A stretch of 64,000 bases of DNA from Felis catus (taxonomy: Eukaryota): NCBI RefSeq assembly GCF_018350175.1, contig NC_058368.1, positions 159,342,001-159,406,000 of the forward strand, read 5' to 3'. Each line of letters starts with the position of its first letter. The stretch's first letter is position 1. Shown piece by piece: positions 11,905 to 25,901 of this stretch. Both the position numbers and the translations under genes were made by a program. The notes under the pieces were generated by a model. The model saw nothing but the letters and a program-made list of their open reading frames with translations, did not search any database and was not told the origin of the DNA.

Positions 11905-12239
11905 ATCTTCAATAGCCAAATTGTGGAAACATCCCTCGTGTTCATCATTGGATGAATGGATAAAGAAGTGTTCACTATGGGGCACCTGTGGCTCAGTCGG
12001 TTAAGCGTCCAACTTAAGCTCAGGTCATGATCTTGTGGTCCATGACTTTGAGCCCTGCTTCGGGCCCTGTGCTGACCGCTCAGAGCCTGGAGCCTCCTTC
12101 AGATTCTGTGTCTCCCTCTCTCTCTGACCTTCTCACGCTCATGCTCTGTCTCTCTCTGTCTCTCAAAATTGAATAAATATTAAAAAAAATTGTTTAAAGT
12201 GTCCATCAACTGATGAATGTATGCATATACATAATGGAA

Positions 12240-12282
<43 letters not shown>

Positions 12283-12660
12283 ATGGAATATTAGTCATAA
12301 AAAATTAAATCTTGCCATTTGCAACAACATGGATGGATCTATAAAGTATAATGCTAAGCAAAATAAGAGAAAGACAAATACCATATGGTTTCACTCATAT
12401 GTGGAGTTTAAGAAACAAAACAAAGGCAAAAAATAAGGAGAGTCAAACCACAAAACAGACTCTTAACTGTAGAGAACAGAGGGTTACCCAGGGGTGGGTG
12501 GATGGGGCATGGTGAAATAGGTGAAAGGAATTAAGAGTACAGTTACCTTGATGAACACTAAGTAATATATGGAATTGTTGAATTGCTATCTGGTACACCT
12601 GAAACTAATACACTGCACATTAACTACACTGGAATTGAAACAAAATAAAATTAAAAAAAC
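11905..12660 (+). mobile_element. L1 3' end, 5'-truncated
   Basis: aatagccaaattgtggaaac...cttgccatttgcaacaacatggatgga...acacctgaaactaata...A-tail, with (TG)n at 12242-12278. Confidence 0.9.
11979..12190 (+). mobile_element. Can-SINE nested in L1
   Basis: GGGGCACCTGTGGCTCAGTCGGTTAAGCGTCC head, CT tract, A tail. Confidence 0.95.
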
Positions 12661-12664
12661 AGAA

Positions 12665-12760
12665 CAAAAAAACTGTCACAGAAACATTCAAAATAATGTT
12701 TGAGCAACTATCTGCATACTCTGTCACCGAGTCAAGTTAATATATAAAATTAACCATTGT
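12665..12760. mobile_element. MLT2-like LTR terminus
   Basis: gtcaagttaatatataaaattaaccattg resembles the MLT2 end ccaagttgacacataaaattaaccatcaca. Confidence 0.5.
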
Positions 12761-12919
12761 ATCTTCGTTCCTTTTCCTCAACATTGAAAGAGCTTATCTC
12801 TCCCCAGCCTTTGGTTCTTTTGCCTACAATGTACTCTTCTAAAAAATGTGATCTTTCCATTCCATGTTCATCAATAATTAACTATATAACTTTGTATTAT
12901 TTAAATTCTTAGTATATCA

Positions 12920-14420
12920 CCTGCTTCTTATAAAGTTTTCTCAAATAATTCTAACAATTAATAGGAAGAGTTTTTTGCTTAAATAGTGCCATATTACCTT
13001 TCCACCTAGGTGCTATGCATATTTCAGGGTAGAATCATCTTAACTCTTATAATTCCAGATGGTCAGATAAGCAGATGAAATTAGCACAAGTTATCCACAA
13101 TTTGTACTTCTCAGGGTCGTCTCTGGGTGAGAATTACAGTAGCTATTAGCTTGTACCAGCGCTCTGGCAGAATATGGGTTTGGGCAACTTGCTGTGACCT
13201 TTGATTTAAATAATTAGTTACTTTAACCATGATAATTGCATATATTTAAATTAGTTTTTAATTATATCAGAACAATGGTTTCTAAATAAGCTGATCATTG
13301 AAATCATGTGAGAATTGTTAAAAACACAGTCACAGGCTCTACCATTCGGATGTCTATAATAGAATCTCTAGGATTGAGCCCTCCAGATCCATACTTTACA
13401 AATGTTACTCTCCTAATTATGATGGTAAACAATTGATATGGAGATATGTAGAATTACAAAATTTTAAAAATCCCATGATATTTTTTTATTTTCAGAACTA
13501 TTTGGAAGTAGACATTCAGCTAACTTTTTTTTATATAATGAAAAATGGAATAAAGAATCCGTTGATTCATTTTCTTAGATCATTTTCCACCACCATCATT
13601 GTATAGTGCTTATGATTGTTGAGCTGGCATCTTGCTGTTGACTTTTTTTTTTAAAATATTTTATTATTTTCTTTGGAATACCGAGCCTGGTGTTCCTTAA
13701 AGTAGTTTTGTTTGGTCTTGTGTTTTTTGCACTTGATTTGCCTTACTTTGTGGATTTTCTTGTTTTGCTCCTTTAGCCAATTGTACCATTAAAAATGCCA
13801 TCCTCCCCTCTTACCCACAATGACCTCTTTTGCTTTGCCAGTTATCCATACATGGATTTTGTTTGAGCACCTGGGTTTCTTGATCCTTGGCACACATTTT
13901 GCCTGAGCTTCTATTAAGGTGTATTAAACAGTCTCCAGGTTTCTGGTAGATTATTTGTTTTTTTTTTTTCAACTCCTTTGCATTTTTTTCTAATATCCCC
14001 ATTTTGATGTAGGTCCCTTTTATAAAATTGAGTTAGCATGTGTTCGATGTTTCTTGGCTTTCCTACTCTCAGTAGAATGTGAAACTTAATAATATACTGA
14101 TCACTAATATATAGTGGTTTATGTAATTTCTGATTCACTTCCTGTCTTTTATGCAGAGCTCAGTCAGTGTATTTCCTTTCCATATGGATTCTAAAATTAC
14201 TTGATCTAAGAAACAGTTATTTATTCCCCTCCAAAATGTTTCTTTCATATCTCTCCTCGATGAGAAAAATCCATGAATCCAGATGTGAATAATTAAAATT
14301 CTATTTGATTACCATCTGTCCTGATTTAGAGTATGCACACTTCGGGTTAATATTTTTAGTACCATACATGTATTTGAACATCAGATGAAGAGAATTGAAG
14401 TAATCATAAATCTCAGTTGA
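12920..14420 (-). mobile_element. Ancient CR1/L3 LINE ORF2 fossil (APE endonuclease C-half, linker, start of RT)
   Basis: Minus-strand translation with frameshifts gives, in the expected order: MVIK*NFNYSHLD (~GDFNYPHID), INNCFLDQVILE (~INDCFLEQLVLEP), PLYISDQYIIKFHI (~PLGNSDHNIIKFNI), ETWRLFNTLIEAQAKCVPRIKK, WITGKAKEVI, SKENNKIF..VNSKMPA, RDDPEKYK (~RGDPGNYRP), LLELFE (~LLEFFE). Confidence 0.8.
13272..13435. mobile_element. MER5-like hAT-Charlie element inserted in the CR1 fossil
   Basis: caatggtttctaaa...gaaatcatgtgagaattgttaaaaacacag...agaatctctaggattgagccc. Confidence 0.6.
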
Positions 14421-14896
14421 TGGCATATTATCTTCTTAGTATCTCTCTTCATTAACTGATTAGCTGATCATGTCTATCTATACTATCTATTTTCTCTTTA
14501 CAGACAATGATGCTGAGAAGTTTAACAAATATCTTTTCTTTGATGTTTTTGCAAAATGCATTATTTCATGTGTGCTTTTTTATTATACTTGTTATATTTG
14601 TAAAGAATATTTTGACAGATATCTCATTCCCTATTAATCAGCAGTATTTTTGGATAGTGCTATGTGTATATCTAACCTGTTGCTTTTAACTCATGTACAG
14701 TATTACATGGTGGATGGACATCCATCAATCTCTTATTGTCTTCTCTCCTTGTGATTGGTGAATTAAATAGCCTCCAATTCACAATCATTTAAACCTGATT
14801 TATGGATCATCCACCATTGATTTCTTGATTGAAACTGATTCAGAAAAGAATAATTCCCCGCCAAGGGGTTTTACAGTAAAATATTCTTTTACATTA

Positions 14897-15108
14897 ATAT
14901 TTCCCAACTTCAGCACTATTAACACTTTCAACTGGATAAATATTGGTTGGGGGAAGTTTTGTGCATTGAAAGATATTTAGCTCTATCCTTGGCTCTATCC
15001 AACTGATACCAGTAGCACTCCCAATTGTGTCAATGAAAAAATCTTCGGATGTTGCCAAAAGTCTCCTGGGGAAGGAGAGGGAACAGAATCACCCTCTTGA
15101 GAACAACT
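14897..15108 (+). mobile_element. MER20 hAT-Charlie element
   Basis: ttcccaacttcagcactattaacactt...ctgataccagtagcactccc...gatgttgccaaaagtctcctgggg...ttgagaacaact. Confidence 0.85.
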
Positions 15109-16499
15109 TATATACAATTTCTAAATATTCAGATGCTACTTTTGTTAAATCATGCATATTCTTAGTTATCCATTATAGCTTGTGACTCAGTGGCACTGCA
15201 TCCTGACTTTTTTCCCCCACTTGGTCATTGGTGTTTCGAAATGTCAATTACATTGACCATCAGTCCACTCCTGTTTGATTTATATAATTTTTATGTAGCC
15301 ATCAGGAAGAGAATCTTGGCTTTTCTAATAAACTTTTCAGTGACTGGCTTATTACATGTTCTTTATATGTAATAATGCTCTTTGTGTTTTAATATACATA
15401 GGTCAAGCCTGAAGTTAAAAAGAAATTTTAGTACTTATCTTTAATTATGTCATTTCAAATTTGTAAATAGCACAAAAAAATAGGTGTTTTTAAATTATAA
15501 TCTGAGTTGTACAATTATTTCACAGATTTGACTTTAAGCTGTGCCTGTCTATGTTAAAAGTAAAACCTGACCAAAAGGTCCTCACTTAAGTGGCAGATTC
15601 ATTACCAAGAGAATCCAACCATCCATAGATCTTTTCTTTAATTATAATCAAATATGAACAAAGAAAATATATATTAAGGTTATGAATTAATGTTTTCTCT
15701 CAGTGACTCCTAGAAAATATGAACTATTATGGTAAAACCTCCAATTCAAATGGTCTGAAATCATACAGGTGAAATATTTTTAAAAGGTTAAATGAGTGAA
15801 AAGTTTACTAAATTGAGAGTCAGAATATTTGAGTGTAGTAATGGGTTTGCCCATTATGCATTGCATGTCTTTTGGCTTACATTCTCTACATTGAATTTCC
15901 TCAGTGAGAAATGACAGAATTTTTTAAAGATGAAATTAAATTAAAATTAATGCAACTTTATCAAAAGGCATCATCAAAAAGAAGGGATTATTTTATTATT
16001 TTCCAGGACTTTAGCAAAATTTTGATTCTTCTTATGTAGAAGACATTATTTGTAGGGGCAGGCATAATTTTATTTGGGTTCCATGGAGCTACTGGTAGTA
16101 TGTGATGTTATTGATTTTGGACTCATCCTTCAAGGCATATTGATGGCATTTGGCCTGGTCCCACCCCTGCGCTCCCGTTACAGTACAGTGACTCCCTGAT
16201 TCCAGTATGTCATTGGTTTTCCTCCCTATCTTAACTATCTACCTTTAGTCAACCTTTCTGAGTTTTGGTCCAGCATCCCTTCAAAGTGCCCGCCCCCCAC
16301 CCTCTTCGGATAAACACATCTTTCTCTGAAAGTATTCCATTAATGGACCTAATCAAAACCTCTAGACTCATAGTCATGTATAAGGGACTCAAGAATATAT
16401 ATTACCTGTAAAGATGCAGCTCTATAGATGAATAATATTCATTAAAAAAGAAGCAAATCCATATAGTATTATATTCTCAAATTATGCAATGTCTCTAAT

Positions 16500-16765
16500 T
16501 AATATCTCCCATTTACTTCTCATTTCGCTCATAATAAAGCCCAGTGTTATTGCAATAACATCCAGTGCCTTACATGATTTGACATGTTTATGCCATCTGA
16601 CCTCTTCTCCTGCAATCAACCCCAACAAATTTCCCTCTAACCACACTGATCTTGTTACTCATTCTTGAATAAGCCAAATAGACCTTGCCAAGTCACCTTT
16701 CTTGCTATTTGAGATATGCCTCTTCCATGGTGAATGCTAAATAAATATGGGTTAAATGAGCAAAC
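16500..16765 (+). mobile_element. L2 fragment
   Basis: cttctcatttcgctcataataaagccca...gccttacatgatttgac...ccacactgatcttgttactcattcttgaa. Confidence 0.6.
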
Positions 16766-18449
16766 ATGGATTTCTCCACCTCATTTCTTACCTCTATAGC
16801 TATATTTGAGAACTAAGAATGAGAGACAGTTATCCATTATGTGACTTACAGTGCCATCCCACCTGCTGTGTCTATTCCAAGTTACTCAGTGATGGTTGTC
16901 TATTGGGCTTCTGTCCAATAATAAGTGCATAACCATACATCAAAATGAATATTTGCATAAACCTAAGATGAGATTAGTTTATAATAATATATTTATAAAA
17001 ATAAGAATAATATATTTATAATATTTTAATATACAGTGTAAGAACTCAAAATAGTCATTCTATTTTAAACCTAATCTCCTTTCCAGTTATACAAATAACA
17101 TAAAGAATCTTTTGAGTTAATAATATATTAAGAAACTGAAAAATTTATTCGTGATTAGTTTGTGAAAGTTTATTAACCTCTGTGTTTATTAATTTCTAAA
17201 ATATAAATTAATCTGTATAGAGAGTAGATAACATATGCAGTAATTTATAACAAAGTTTAAATCTGTGGTATAAATATGGCTTTCTAAAATAATTATAGAA
17301 AACTAGAAGACCCCTAAGGAGCACATTAAATTCATTTTGATTTATTCTTTTTTTCATGCTGAACTTTGCTAATTTTATCTCTAACACATGAAAAAACTGT
17401 GAGCTTAATCTTTTCTGTGACCAGAAAGTATAACACAGACACAGCATTGCAGGCTTCCAGAATGCTGTGTAATGTTTCCAGCCAGCTACGTTCACTCTCT
17501 GGCAACCACATATGCAGAACATTTCCTGTGGGATGAAAGAGAGCACCCTTATATATTCTGAAAAGGTTCATCAATGAGAAAGACTCATACTTCATGATCA
17601 TTCTTTCTTGTGCTTCCATATCTGCATAAAACAGTCTGAAGCAATGAAGGTGGGAGGAGATTGTTAATCATAGGTTCACACATATTAGTTGTATAAATCA
17701 CCTAAAAGAAAAATACCAACACCTGCATGTTAATAGCCCATAGGCTTTGAGTTATTAGTATATCTAAACCTTAGTTCTGCCATTTATAAGTGACTTTGGA
17801 CATGTTATTTCATTGAGTTGAGTTCACCATAAGTAGATAAGATTTAACTCACAGTGCTAATTGGGAGAGTTATAATTAGGAAATAGATTTAAAGTGCCTA
17901 GCAGAGTCGTTGACACATACAGAGCACTCAAAATTTTGGCTTTGAAAGATCACATCATCCATTATGCAACTGATGATAGATTCAAAGCCAAATGAGAAGC
18001 ACTATATTGAAGGATTTTTATATGTGCTATAGTTGGGAATCATGTCTTGATTGACTTGCTGTAATTAAGATCTTGCTCTCTGCCTTTCTCATAATTGGTG
18101 CTCATTAAATGCTGATTGCTATTTAATGATACTTAGCTGCCCAGAGTAAATATGGAGGAAAAGTATAGGGAAAAAAAGAAGAAGGTGGATCATGCCCATT
18201 TATTTACCTATCAGAGTTTGTTGACTCTTTCTATCCTGATGGCTTGAGTGTTCTCCCACCAACACTTGGTTTCCCAACAGTTATGAATTTAGCAATTGGA
18301 ACTTTTGTTCCTAGTCTTTTACTGGCCAAATTCCCAGTTATTTCTCCAACACCTGGGGTCATACTCGGGGGATTACCACAGTACCTTTTTTCTCCAGATT
18401 TCTTGTTTTACAAAGCTATACAGAGATCTTTAGAAATTGAAGCCTTAGT

Positions 18450-18656
18450 GGGGCGCCTGCCTGCGTGGCTCAGTCAGTTAAGTGTCCGACGTCGGCTCAG
18501 GTCAAGATCTCGTGGTTTGTGAGTTTGAGCCCTGCTTTGGGCCTGCTTACAATTCTGTGTCTCCCTCTCTCTCTGCCCCACCCCTGCTCATACTCTGTCT
18601 CTCTCTGTCTCAAAAATAAATAAAACATTAAAAGAAATTAAAAAAAAAAAAAAAAA
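18450..18656 (+). mobile_element. Can-SINE with internal deletion
   Basis: TSD agaaattgaagccttag (18432-18448) / agaaactgaagccttag (18657-18673). Confidence 0.96.
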
Positions 18657-19359
18657 AGAAACTGAAGCCTTAGAGGAAATGGTTTTATAGTAATTCATTT
18701 GTAATAGAATTCCACTAATTGCTTCTCTGAAATCAGTTCACTAAGGAAGCAGAGTTCAATTTTCTTTGGAAAATCTTTGTATGAGGAATAAGATGAGATG
18801 CTCAGAACATATGACCAATTTAAACAGAAAAGCCTATCCTACACGTGAGTCTTTATCTTCCCTCCTGAATTCTATTTTTTCTCACAGGGGAAGGAAGAGA
18901 ACCAGGAAAGGAGATCTGCCCAAACCACACTTTACCATATCAGATTCCATTAAAATAGAGGCTTTGGAACGTGTTTGGAGGACACATTGCACTGCATAAT
19001 TAAATGGTGGTTCCCATTCAGTGTTGTTAGCAGGGTATCTGTGGTTTTGCTTTCTGTCAGTAGTGTCTTTACTCCAGTTGGTGGGGGAAGAAAAGAGGCT
19101 AGACGCTTAGCAGCAACAAAGACAGGCGTGGAATAAGATAAAATTACATTTTAATGGTGTGAAGTTTAATAGCAATTGTTTTTTGTTTTTTGTTTTTTTT
19201 GGTGAGGCAAGGAGTAGGTATATGGGGGAAGAAAATGATTTACTGTTTGCTGTCACTCTGGAGTTGAAATTGGTTTAATCAATTCACTTGTTACTGCTGT
19301 GCACAATGAAGCCTTTCTTTAGCTTACCATGTGGGTATTTTAGCCTTTTTTATTGAAAA

Positions 19360-19565
19360 AAAATTTTTTTAATTTTTATTTTTGAGAGACAGAGCATGAG
19401 TGGGAGAGGGGCAGAGAGAGAGAGAGTGAGACACAGAATCCAAAGCAAGATCCAGGCTCTGAGCTGTCAGCACAGAGCTCGATGCAGAGCTTGAATCCAC
19501 AAACCATGAGATCATGACCTGAGCCGAAGTCGGACACTTAACCGACTGAGCCACTCAGGCACCCC
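19360..19565 (-). mobile_element. Can-SINE
   Basis: Full SINEC body in antisense orientation. Confidence 0.96.
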
Positions 19566-21793
19566 TACCTTTTTTTTTTTCATTTAAATTGATGAGGAGA
19601 GAGTATTAGTTCATGAGAGAGTAATAACCTCCATATCATCTCTCAAGGATATTTTTATCTCTTTCCAGAGATGCTGGGCTTTTACATCAATTTGCTTTTC
19701 TATCTGTAGGCAAGTAGACAGCTCTAGAAAGCTTTGCTTATAATATCATAAATTATTTTCTCTCATTTTTTTTCCAGTGTTGATGATAACAATATCTGCT
19801 TCTAAACACATTGTCATGGTTGTGTATGCCTCTTCTCCAGATTAGGTTTCAAAGTGAGTCTGCTTTATAGTTTGTCTCTAAAAATGCCCATTGATTTGAA
19901 TACTACCTGGATTAGAAGGGGAAAAAAACTCATTTTATGATTTGTACAGCTGTTTCTAAGCCCAAATTCTTATAAAAGGTGCCCTGGTGGCATTTCCTTA
20001 CCACAAGATTGACAGACTGGGGAAAGCTAAACATTTTCTTTTCTAAAGAACTGGTGGAAAACAGACCTATTTTCAGGATTGGCTTGTCCTTGCTAAAGAG
20101 ATTGAAACCACTATGTTGCATCATAGCCATAGAGCAAAGAAACTGTTCCAAAGTCTTAATTTCTAGCCAGTATTTAAGCAGCTGCAACAGAAAAAAAAAT
20201 ATTTTTTTCTAACCTTCCAAGTTACTCCCAGTACACTGATTTTGCTGAGAAATTTCACAGTGGTTATTTCCTCTTCATGTCCAGAGGTTTAGTGTCTTTA
20301 AACCTCTGTCTCTGAATGCCATATGGTACATAAAGGATGATTTAGGTGTGTAATAGAGTGTGCCTTGGTGGTATGCTTTTGTTTGAGAGAATGTTAAAAA
20401 AAAAGTGTAGGAGGATAGGAACTTTAAGTAGGATTTTTTGGGGAAAACACATATGCACATGTTTCTCAAGGAGCTGACATCATTGAGACTTAGCAGTTGG
20501 AGTATCATTTAACCTGGCTCTTTCTTTTTCATGATTTTTCCTGCATTCCTCAGTGGGTTTCATTACCATTTTGAGGCCAGCTCTGCATGGGATAAAGAGG
20601 CATCATCTTCTCCCCGGGGAGGAATGGAGACTAATATAGCAGAATTTCAGGGTATGAGCATGAGTGCAGAAACACAAGCCTCCTGTGAATTGTGGGAAAC
20701 CCAAAAGCTTTTCTTTTGATATTACTCAAACTCCAAATCTAAAGGGAGAAGCAGCATAAAACTGCATGTTACAATCCAAAAGTAATCTCCCTTTCCAACA
20801 GAATAAGGGTATGCTATGGTTCTAATTGATAACATACTTGCATTTTTTTTCCCACAAACAAATCTTATTCCTAAATCTACTGTATATATATTATTCTAGA
20901 TGGCCTGAGAACCCTACAGTTTCTCCCCATGTCCATTGAAATGAATAACTTTTTGGTAAAAATTAGGTTTAAAAAACCTTTAATTTCTTAAATTTTTTCA
21001 CACATAAATTGGTTTCTTTTCTCTGCTTTCCCTATTGATGAAATACTTAGTGATCTAGAATAATCATCTTATTTTTTATGATTTAATTGTCCTCTCTCTG
21101 CAGTAGAAATTGTAAACAGCTGAATATAAATTTCAACAAAAGTAATTTATTTTTCTCTCTTTCTCAGTTGTAATGAGTGGTAAGTTGAGATGGATCAGAG
21201 ATAAAGAACAGTGAGTGAAAACTTGAAGTTGAACTTATTGGGCATTGAAAATATTGTTGACCAGAGAGAGATTAGAAACTGAAGTAAGGCTATAGAACAT
21301 TAAAAGAAAGAAAATTTTAATGCTGAGAATAGGGAAAATGGTGGGAAGTGGCTGTAAAATAGTGAGAACTGCTTTCCATAAACCACATGAAAACCCCATT
21401 TCATTACCCTATAGACATGGAGTATACACATAGTAAAACCTTTGTAATCTGGCATTTGAGAGGAAATGAGGTGCCAGTTAATGTCATGTTATGCTTAATA
21501 AAGACTTAACTTATGTTGTCTCAGGTGGTATCCTTCTTGTACTTCTCTTATCCCTTCTTTAAAGACTTAGACATAAAAGGCATAAAAGACTGGTAATTTC
21601 TACATATGAATCTTCATAATTTTTTTCCCGAGACTTTGCTACAGCAGAGATCTACCTTCTCACTCCTCACCAGAATAATCACCTGGCACAGTGGTCCTAC
21701 TATTCACTCTGTTCTAACTTTCTTCAGCTCTCCTCATCACTGACTCCTTTGAAAATAGCTACATTCATTCTTGTTAATGGCAAGAGAAAGGAT

Positions 21794-21796
<3 letters not shown>

Positions 21797-21835
<39 letters not shown>
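21797..21835. repeat. (TA)n microsatellite
   Basis: Read directly from the sequence. Confidence 0.98.
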
Positions 21836-21838
<3 letters not shown>

Positions 21839-24787
21839 CATATACATATATCCATAAACATATATATATATATATGACTTCTTAGCCTTGAAACAGAACC
21901 TGACAATGTGAAAGAAGATGGGGAATAAACACTAGAATCACTTGCTTGTTTTTAAGTACAACACCAACTTCCATGTCTTCAGCCATCTAAATTTTGATTT
22001 AAATCCCATTTAATATGAAAGTGAATAATAAACATCTAGATCTAACATATTTTCCCTACTTCTTTTTACTTTCTGGTCTTCTCCTCTTAGTTAAATAGAC
22101 ATTACAAAGTGTCCGTGGTCCACTTTTTTTCACAAGTAAGCAACTTTCATTCGTCAAACCGTTTTTCAGGATCAAGCTTTGTGGGAGAAACTGGAGATCC
22201 TAATAAGATATCACTGCTTCCTTTGAGGAGTAGAGGGAGCTGGAGGAACTCTCAATTTGCCTCACCTAAATGTTTGGGCTGATACTGGTCTTTCAGATTG
22301 TCTGAAGGACCTGTCACATGACATTAGATCTTTTCTTCTTGAGAACATTTCTCATATTTATATTTGAGAGGGTTTTATGTATGCGTTTGTGTTAGGGGCC
22401 AGTGATGATACTGTGAGTCAAAAGTTCTGAAAGTTAAATATATGACAAATTATCTGGCTTTCTAAGGCTTTTTAAAAACACAAATCCCTATCCTTGGTTT
22501 GGTTACCTACTGAATTAGATTCTCCATATGTGGGGTTTAGGAGATTCTGATACAGATGAGAATCTGTACCATAGATGAGATTTTCATCAGTCAGCTTGGA
22601 ATCAGGTAAAGACTGGGTGAGTCCTACTGAATCTATATTTTAACATTTTTAAGAATTATGTGTAAAAGATATTAACAGCCTGAAATGGGGAATTATTGTC
22701 CAAATGTGAACACATCACATCAGTTTTGCTCTTTTGGTCCTATGCAAGGTCACAAATTCCCATCATGCATAATATAGTGCATGGATTTCTTATTTTAATA
22801 TATTGCTATAGGAATTTCTGGGAGATGCATAAAGGTGCATAAAGACAGACTAGATTTTCTAGTGAATAAACATATATAATCTGATTATAAAATTTTACAA
22901 AATCAATCTGAGCATATGTTATGTAAATGCATGCAATGTGTGTTTAATCAAAGTATCCCAGGAATGTATCCACATACAGCTAGAAAATCTTAGATTATAA
23001 ACAAATTTTTCTACCCACCCCAATGAAATGCTAAAGCCCGCAAAAGGATACAGGCAGATTAAATGTAAATTTGTACCTCCTTCTGGGATTTCTCAAATTT
23101 ATAATCATGTGTCCTCAGAAAGCTCATCTTTGGTCCATAGAAGCCTTGGGATTTTCAAAGATACTACAGGTATATTGCCTGAGCCACTTTTGCCCTCCTG
23201 CTCCCAACTCCCAACTTTCCTTCCCTACAAAGCAGAGTGTATCAAGGTGGCAAAGAGGACCAGAGCCTCAGCTTCTGCCTAGCCTATATGTGGTAAGCTC
23301 TGTGGGTCTTGGCTGAAGATGCTCTGGCTAACTATCACTTATGGTACTGTGGGTTTGACCATCAGCTTTTTATCCTTTTCCACTTTTTCCCTAGTTTTTC
23401 AGACTTGTTTTGTGCTGAGGTTGGCCTCTCATATCAGCCTGTATGGATCATAAACCTCTCAAATTAAAAGTAGAAAAGACCCAATGTTTCAGTCGTCTAT
23501 TCAGTAGTAGAAATCCTTTTGTGTGTTTGCATGTCTGAATCCTTTGTTGAAATGTTTTAAAGGAACAAATATTGTCTCCCAGACTTTTGGAGTGTAATTT
23601 TCTTCCTGCAACCTCTACATGAGGTGCTACAGAGGAAGGCTTCTAGATGAAGGGAAATGACCACTATGATTCACAGTTGAGTTCAACTTACATACCTCAG
23701 AGACTTGATAAAAATCTTTCTGACACTTATTTTTTATCATTAAGATGAGAAAGTGAAATCAGATAGTCTTTAAAATTATTATTTTGTGTTTATTATACTA
23801 CTGTATTTAATACTTGTAATTTTATAAAATTATTTTATATTTCCTTATCAAAACTCTATCTGTTCTATTTTGACTTAGCTTCCTCATGTTTCATTTAGTT
23901 ACCATGTTTTCCCTATATCTTTATTTATCTAAGTCAGAATGCTCTCCTTTCTCAAGTCTGGGTGGTTTCCATTCAAATCTCTGCAGACTGATGGTAAAAG
24001 TATCCTGAAGCAAGCATAAACATTGACCAGCACTTATAAATCCCTGGCAGCATACCAAAGTTGGTTAAAGAAATAAGATGAGTTATCTCATAGGCTTAGC
24101 TAATCTGAGAGTTATGGACCATCTCTGGATGTGAGGGCTTAATATGGAGGCAAACTGCAGAGTGACAAATTAAAGCTGATAAGATTGCTGTTCTGTCTCA
24201 TTCTCCGGTTATTCTTAAGTTTTGAGCAGAGTCTCTCACAAGAAACAGGAGTCATTAGGAAGATATGCTATATATTATACTTGCTTGACAAACATGTTTG
24301 AACATGGAACATGAACATTAAATACCAAAGTTATAATCACCTGTTATCTACATTAAAATTAAGAAATCTGGGTTCATAAATACAGATTTTAATATAATTA
24401 CATGGTATAACCAAATTTTTCTCTGTTAGAATTCAGCTGATGTGGGGATATTTTATAGGTAAAATCAAACAAAAATACTGATATGTGTGTTTTTTTTAAT
24501 AACTCCCTGAACTCCACAAGTATTATTGGCTCATTGATCTCAAAAAAGAAAATTCTCAAATGGTTTTGGAAGTAAAGAGATGATTAGCATCTTTATCAAA
24601 TTTTCTCATATTTTCATTATTCTTTGCTTAATTTGTAAACCATGAAGTCCTGACAAATTCTCTGGGTGATAAATTCTAGCTCTCTGAGTTTGTAGTAAAA
24701 TAAAATACCTGAAGTAGGTAAAAGGGATATAAGAGCACATTTTGGCCTAATTTTTCTTTCTTCAAATACCTGAGATCTATTTATATT

Positions 24788-24789
<2 letters not shown>

Positions 24790-24833
<44 letters not shown>

Positions 24834-24850
24834 CACACACATATATATAT
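24790..24850. repeat. (TG)n(TA)(CA) compound microsatellite
   Basis: Read directly from the sequence. Confidence 0.97.
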
Positions 24851-25379
24851 GAATACAGATATCTGTGGATACAGATATCTATGGATAATTACATATAACT
24901 TCTCCTTTCTAAATACACCATAAGGCAAAATTACATTTTTTAAGGATTGAATGTTTAACAATGGCCTTTCTTTTCAAAATGATAAGCCAAGTATGTAACA
25001 TTATCCTTGCTTATCATAGTGAATGTCAGAGAGAAAGTTACTGAAGAGATTAAGTTTTTTAGTTTTAAATATTGGATTAAGAAATGTTTATGTTAGAAAA
25101 AAAACTTAGATGAATAAGTGATAATTATGTCATGAACTGGACAAAGGCCTAGTAGAGAAACCTGATGAGTACCTCTTTATCCCTAGCAGAACAGATTGGG
25201 CTATATACGTGCTGCAGCAATAAGAGAAAGCCATCCTCATATAACAGCCAAAAACAAACAAACAAACCAAAAAGAGTATCAGTGTATTTTTTCTCTGTTA
25301 ATTTCAACTCATATATAAAGTAAGTAGTGATTGTAGAAAATTACATTTCATATACTTAGGACTACCATTCAGTACACTT

Positions 25380-25820
25380 AGATTAGGGACAGTAGCATGG
25401 AAATGGAATGACTCTTTTTTGGATAAGTGGCTTTTCCACAAAACTGAGCACTATGCTTTTGTTGCTCAATTCCCAGAGGCTCAATTTCTTCCCCTACATC
25501 ACTTGTTTTAACAAGTGATGTTAAAAACCTCACTTTCTATGATGACTTATAATATAGAGTGTGTGTAAAGCCTCTTGTTCACTTTTGGCACATAGTTATG
25601 TTATTGATACTGGTGATGACACCTGCCAGATGCCATCCATTGAGCTGAGTGCTTTACATGCATTATCATACTTAATCCTTTGCTCGTACCCCAAGTAAGT
25701 CTTATTCTCTTTCCCCCTTGATTCACAAAAGATTAAATCACAAAGAACCTAAATGGCAGAACTTGACTTAGAACCCAGATTTGTTCAATCTCAAGTCTGG
25801 ACTCTTAACCACCATAGAAC
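25380..25820. mobile_element. Two MIR fragments in opposite orientations
   Basis: gaggctcaatttcttc...gtgtgtaaagcctctt...ttggcacatagt (+), then ctgagtgctttacatgcattatcatacttaatcct...tagaacccagatttg...actcttaaccac (-). Confidence 0.7.
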
Positions 25821-25857
25821 ACCCATTCCCTAGATATTCATAGTAGTCTCAAAAAAT

Positions 25858-25901
<44 letters not shown>

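Noticed and set aside
17332..17630. Minus-strand ORF MEAQERMIMK... preceded by ttttatgcag
   Set aside because: No recognisable homology and no convincing donor site.
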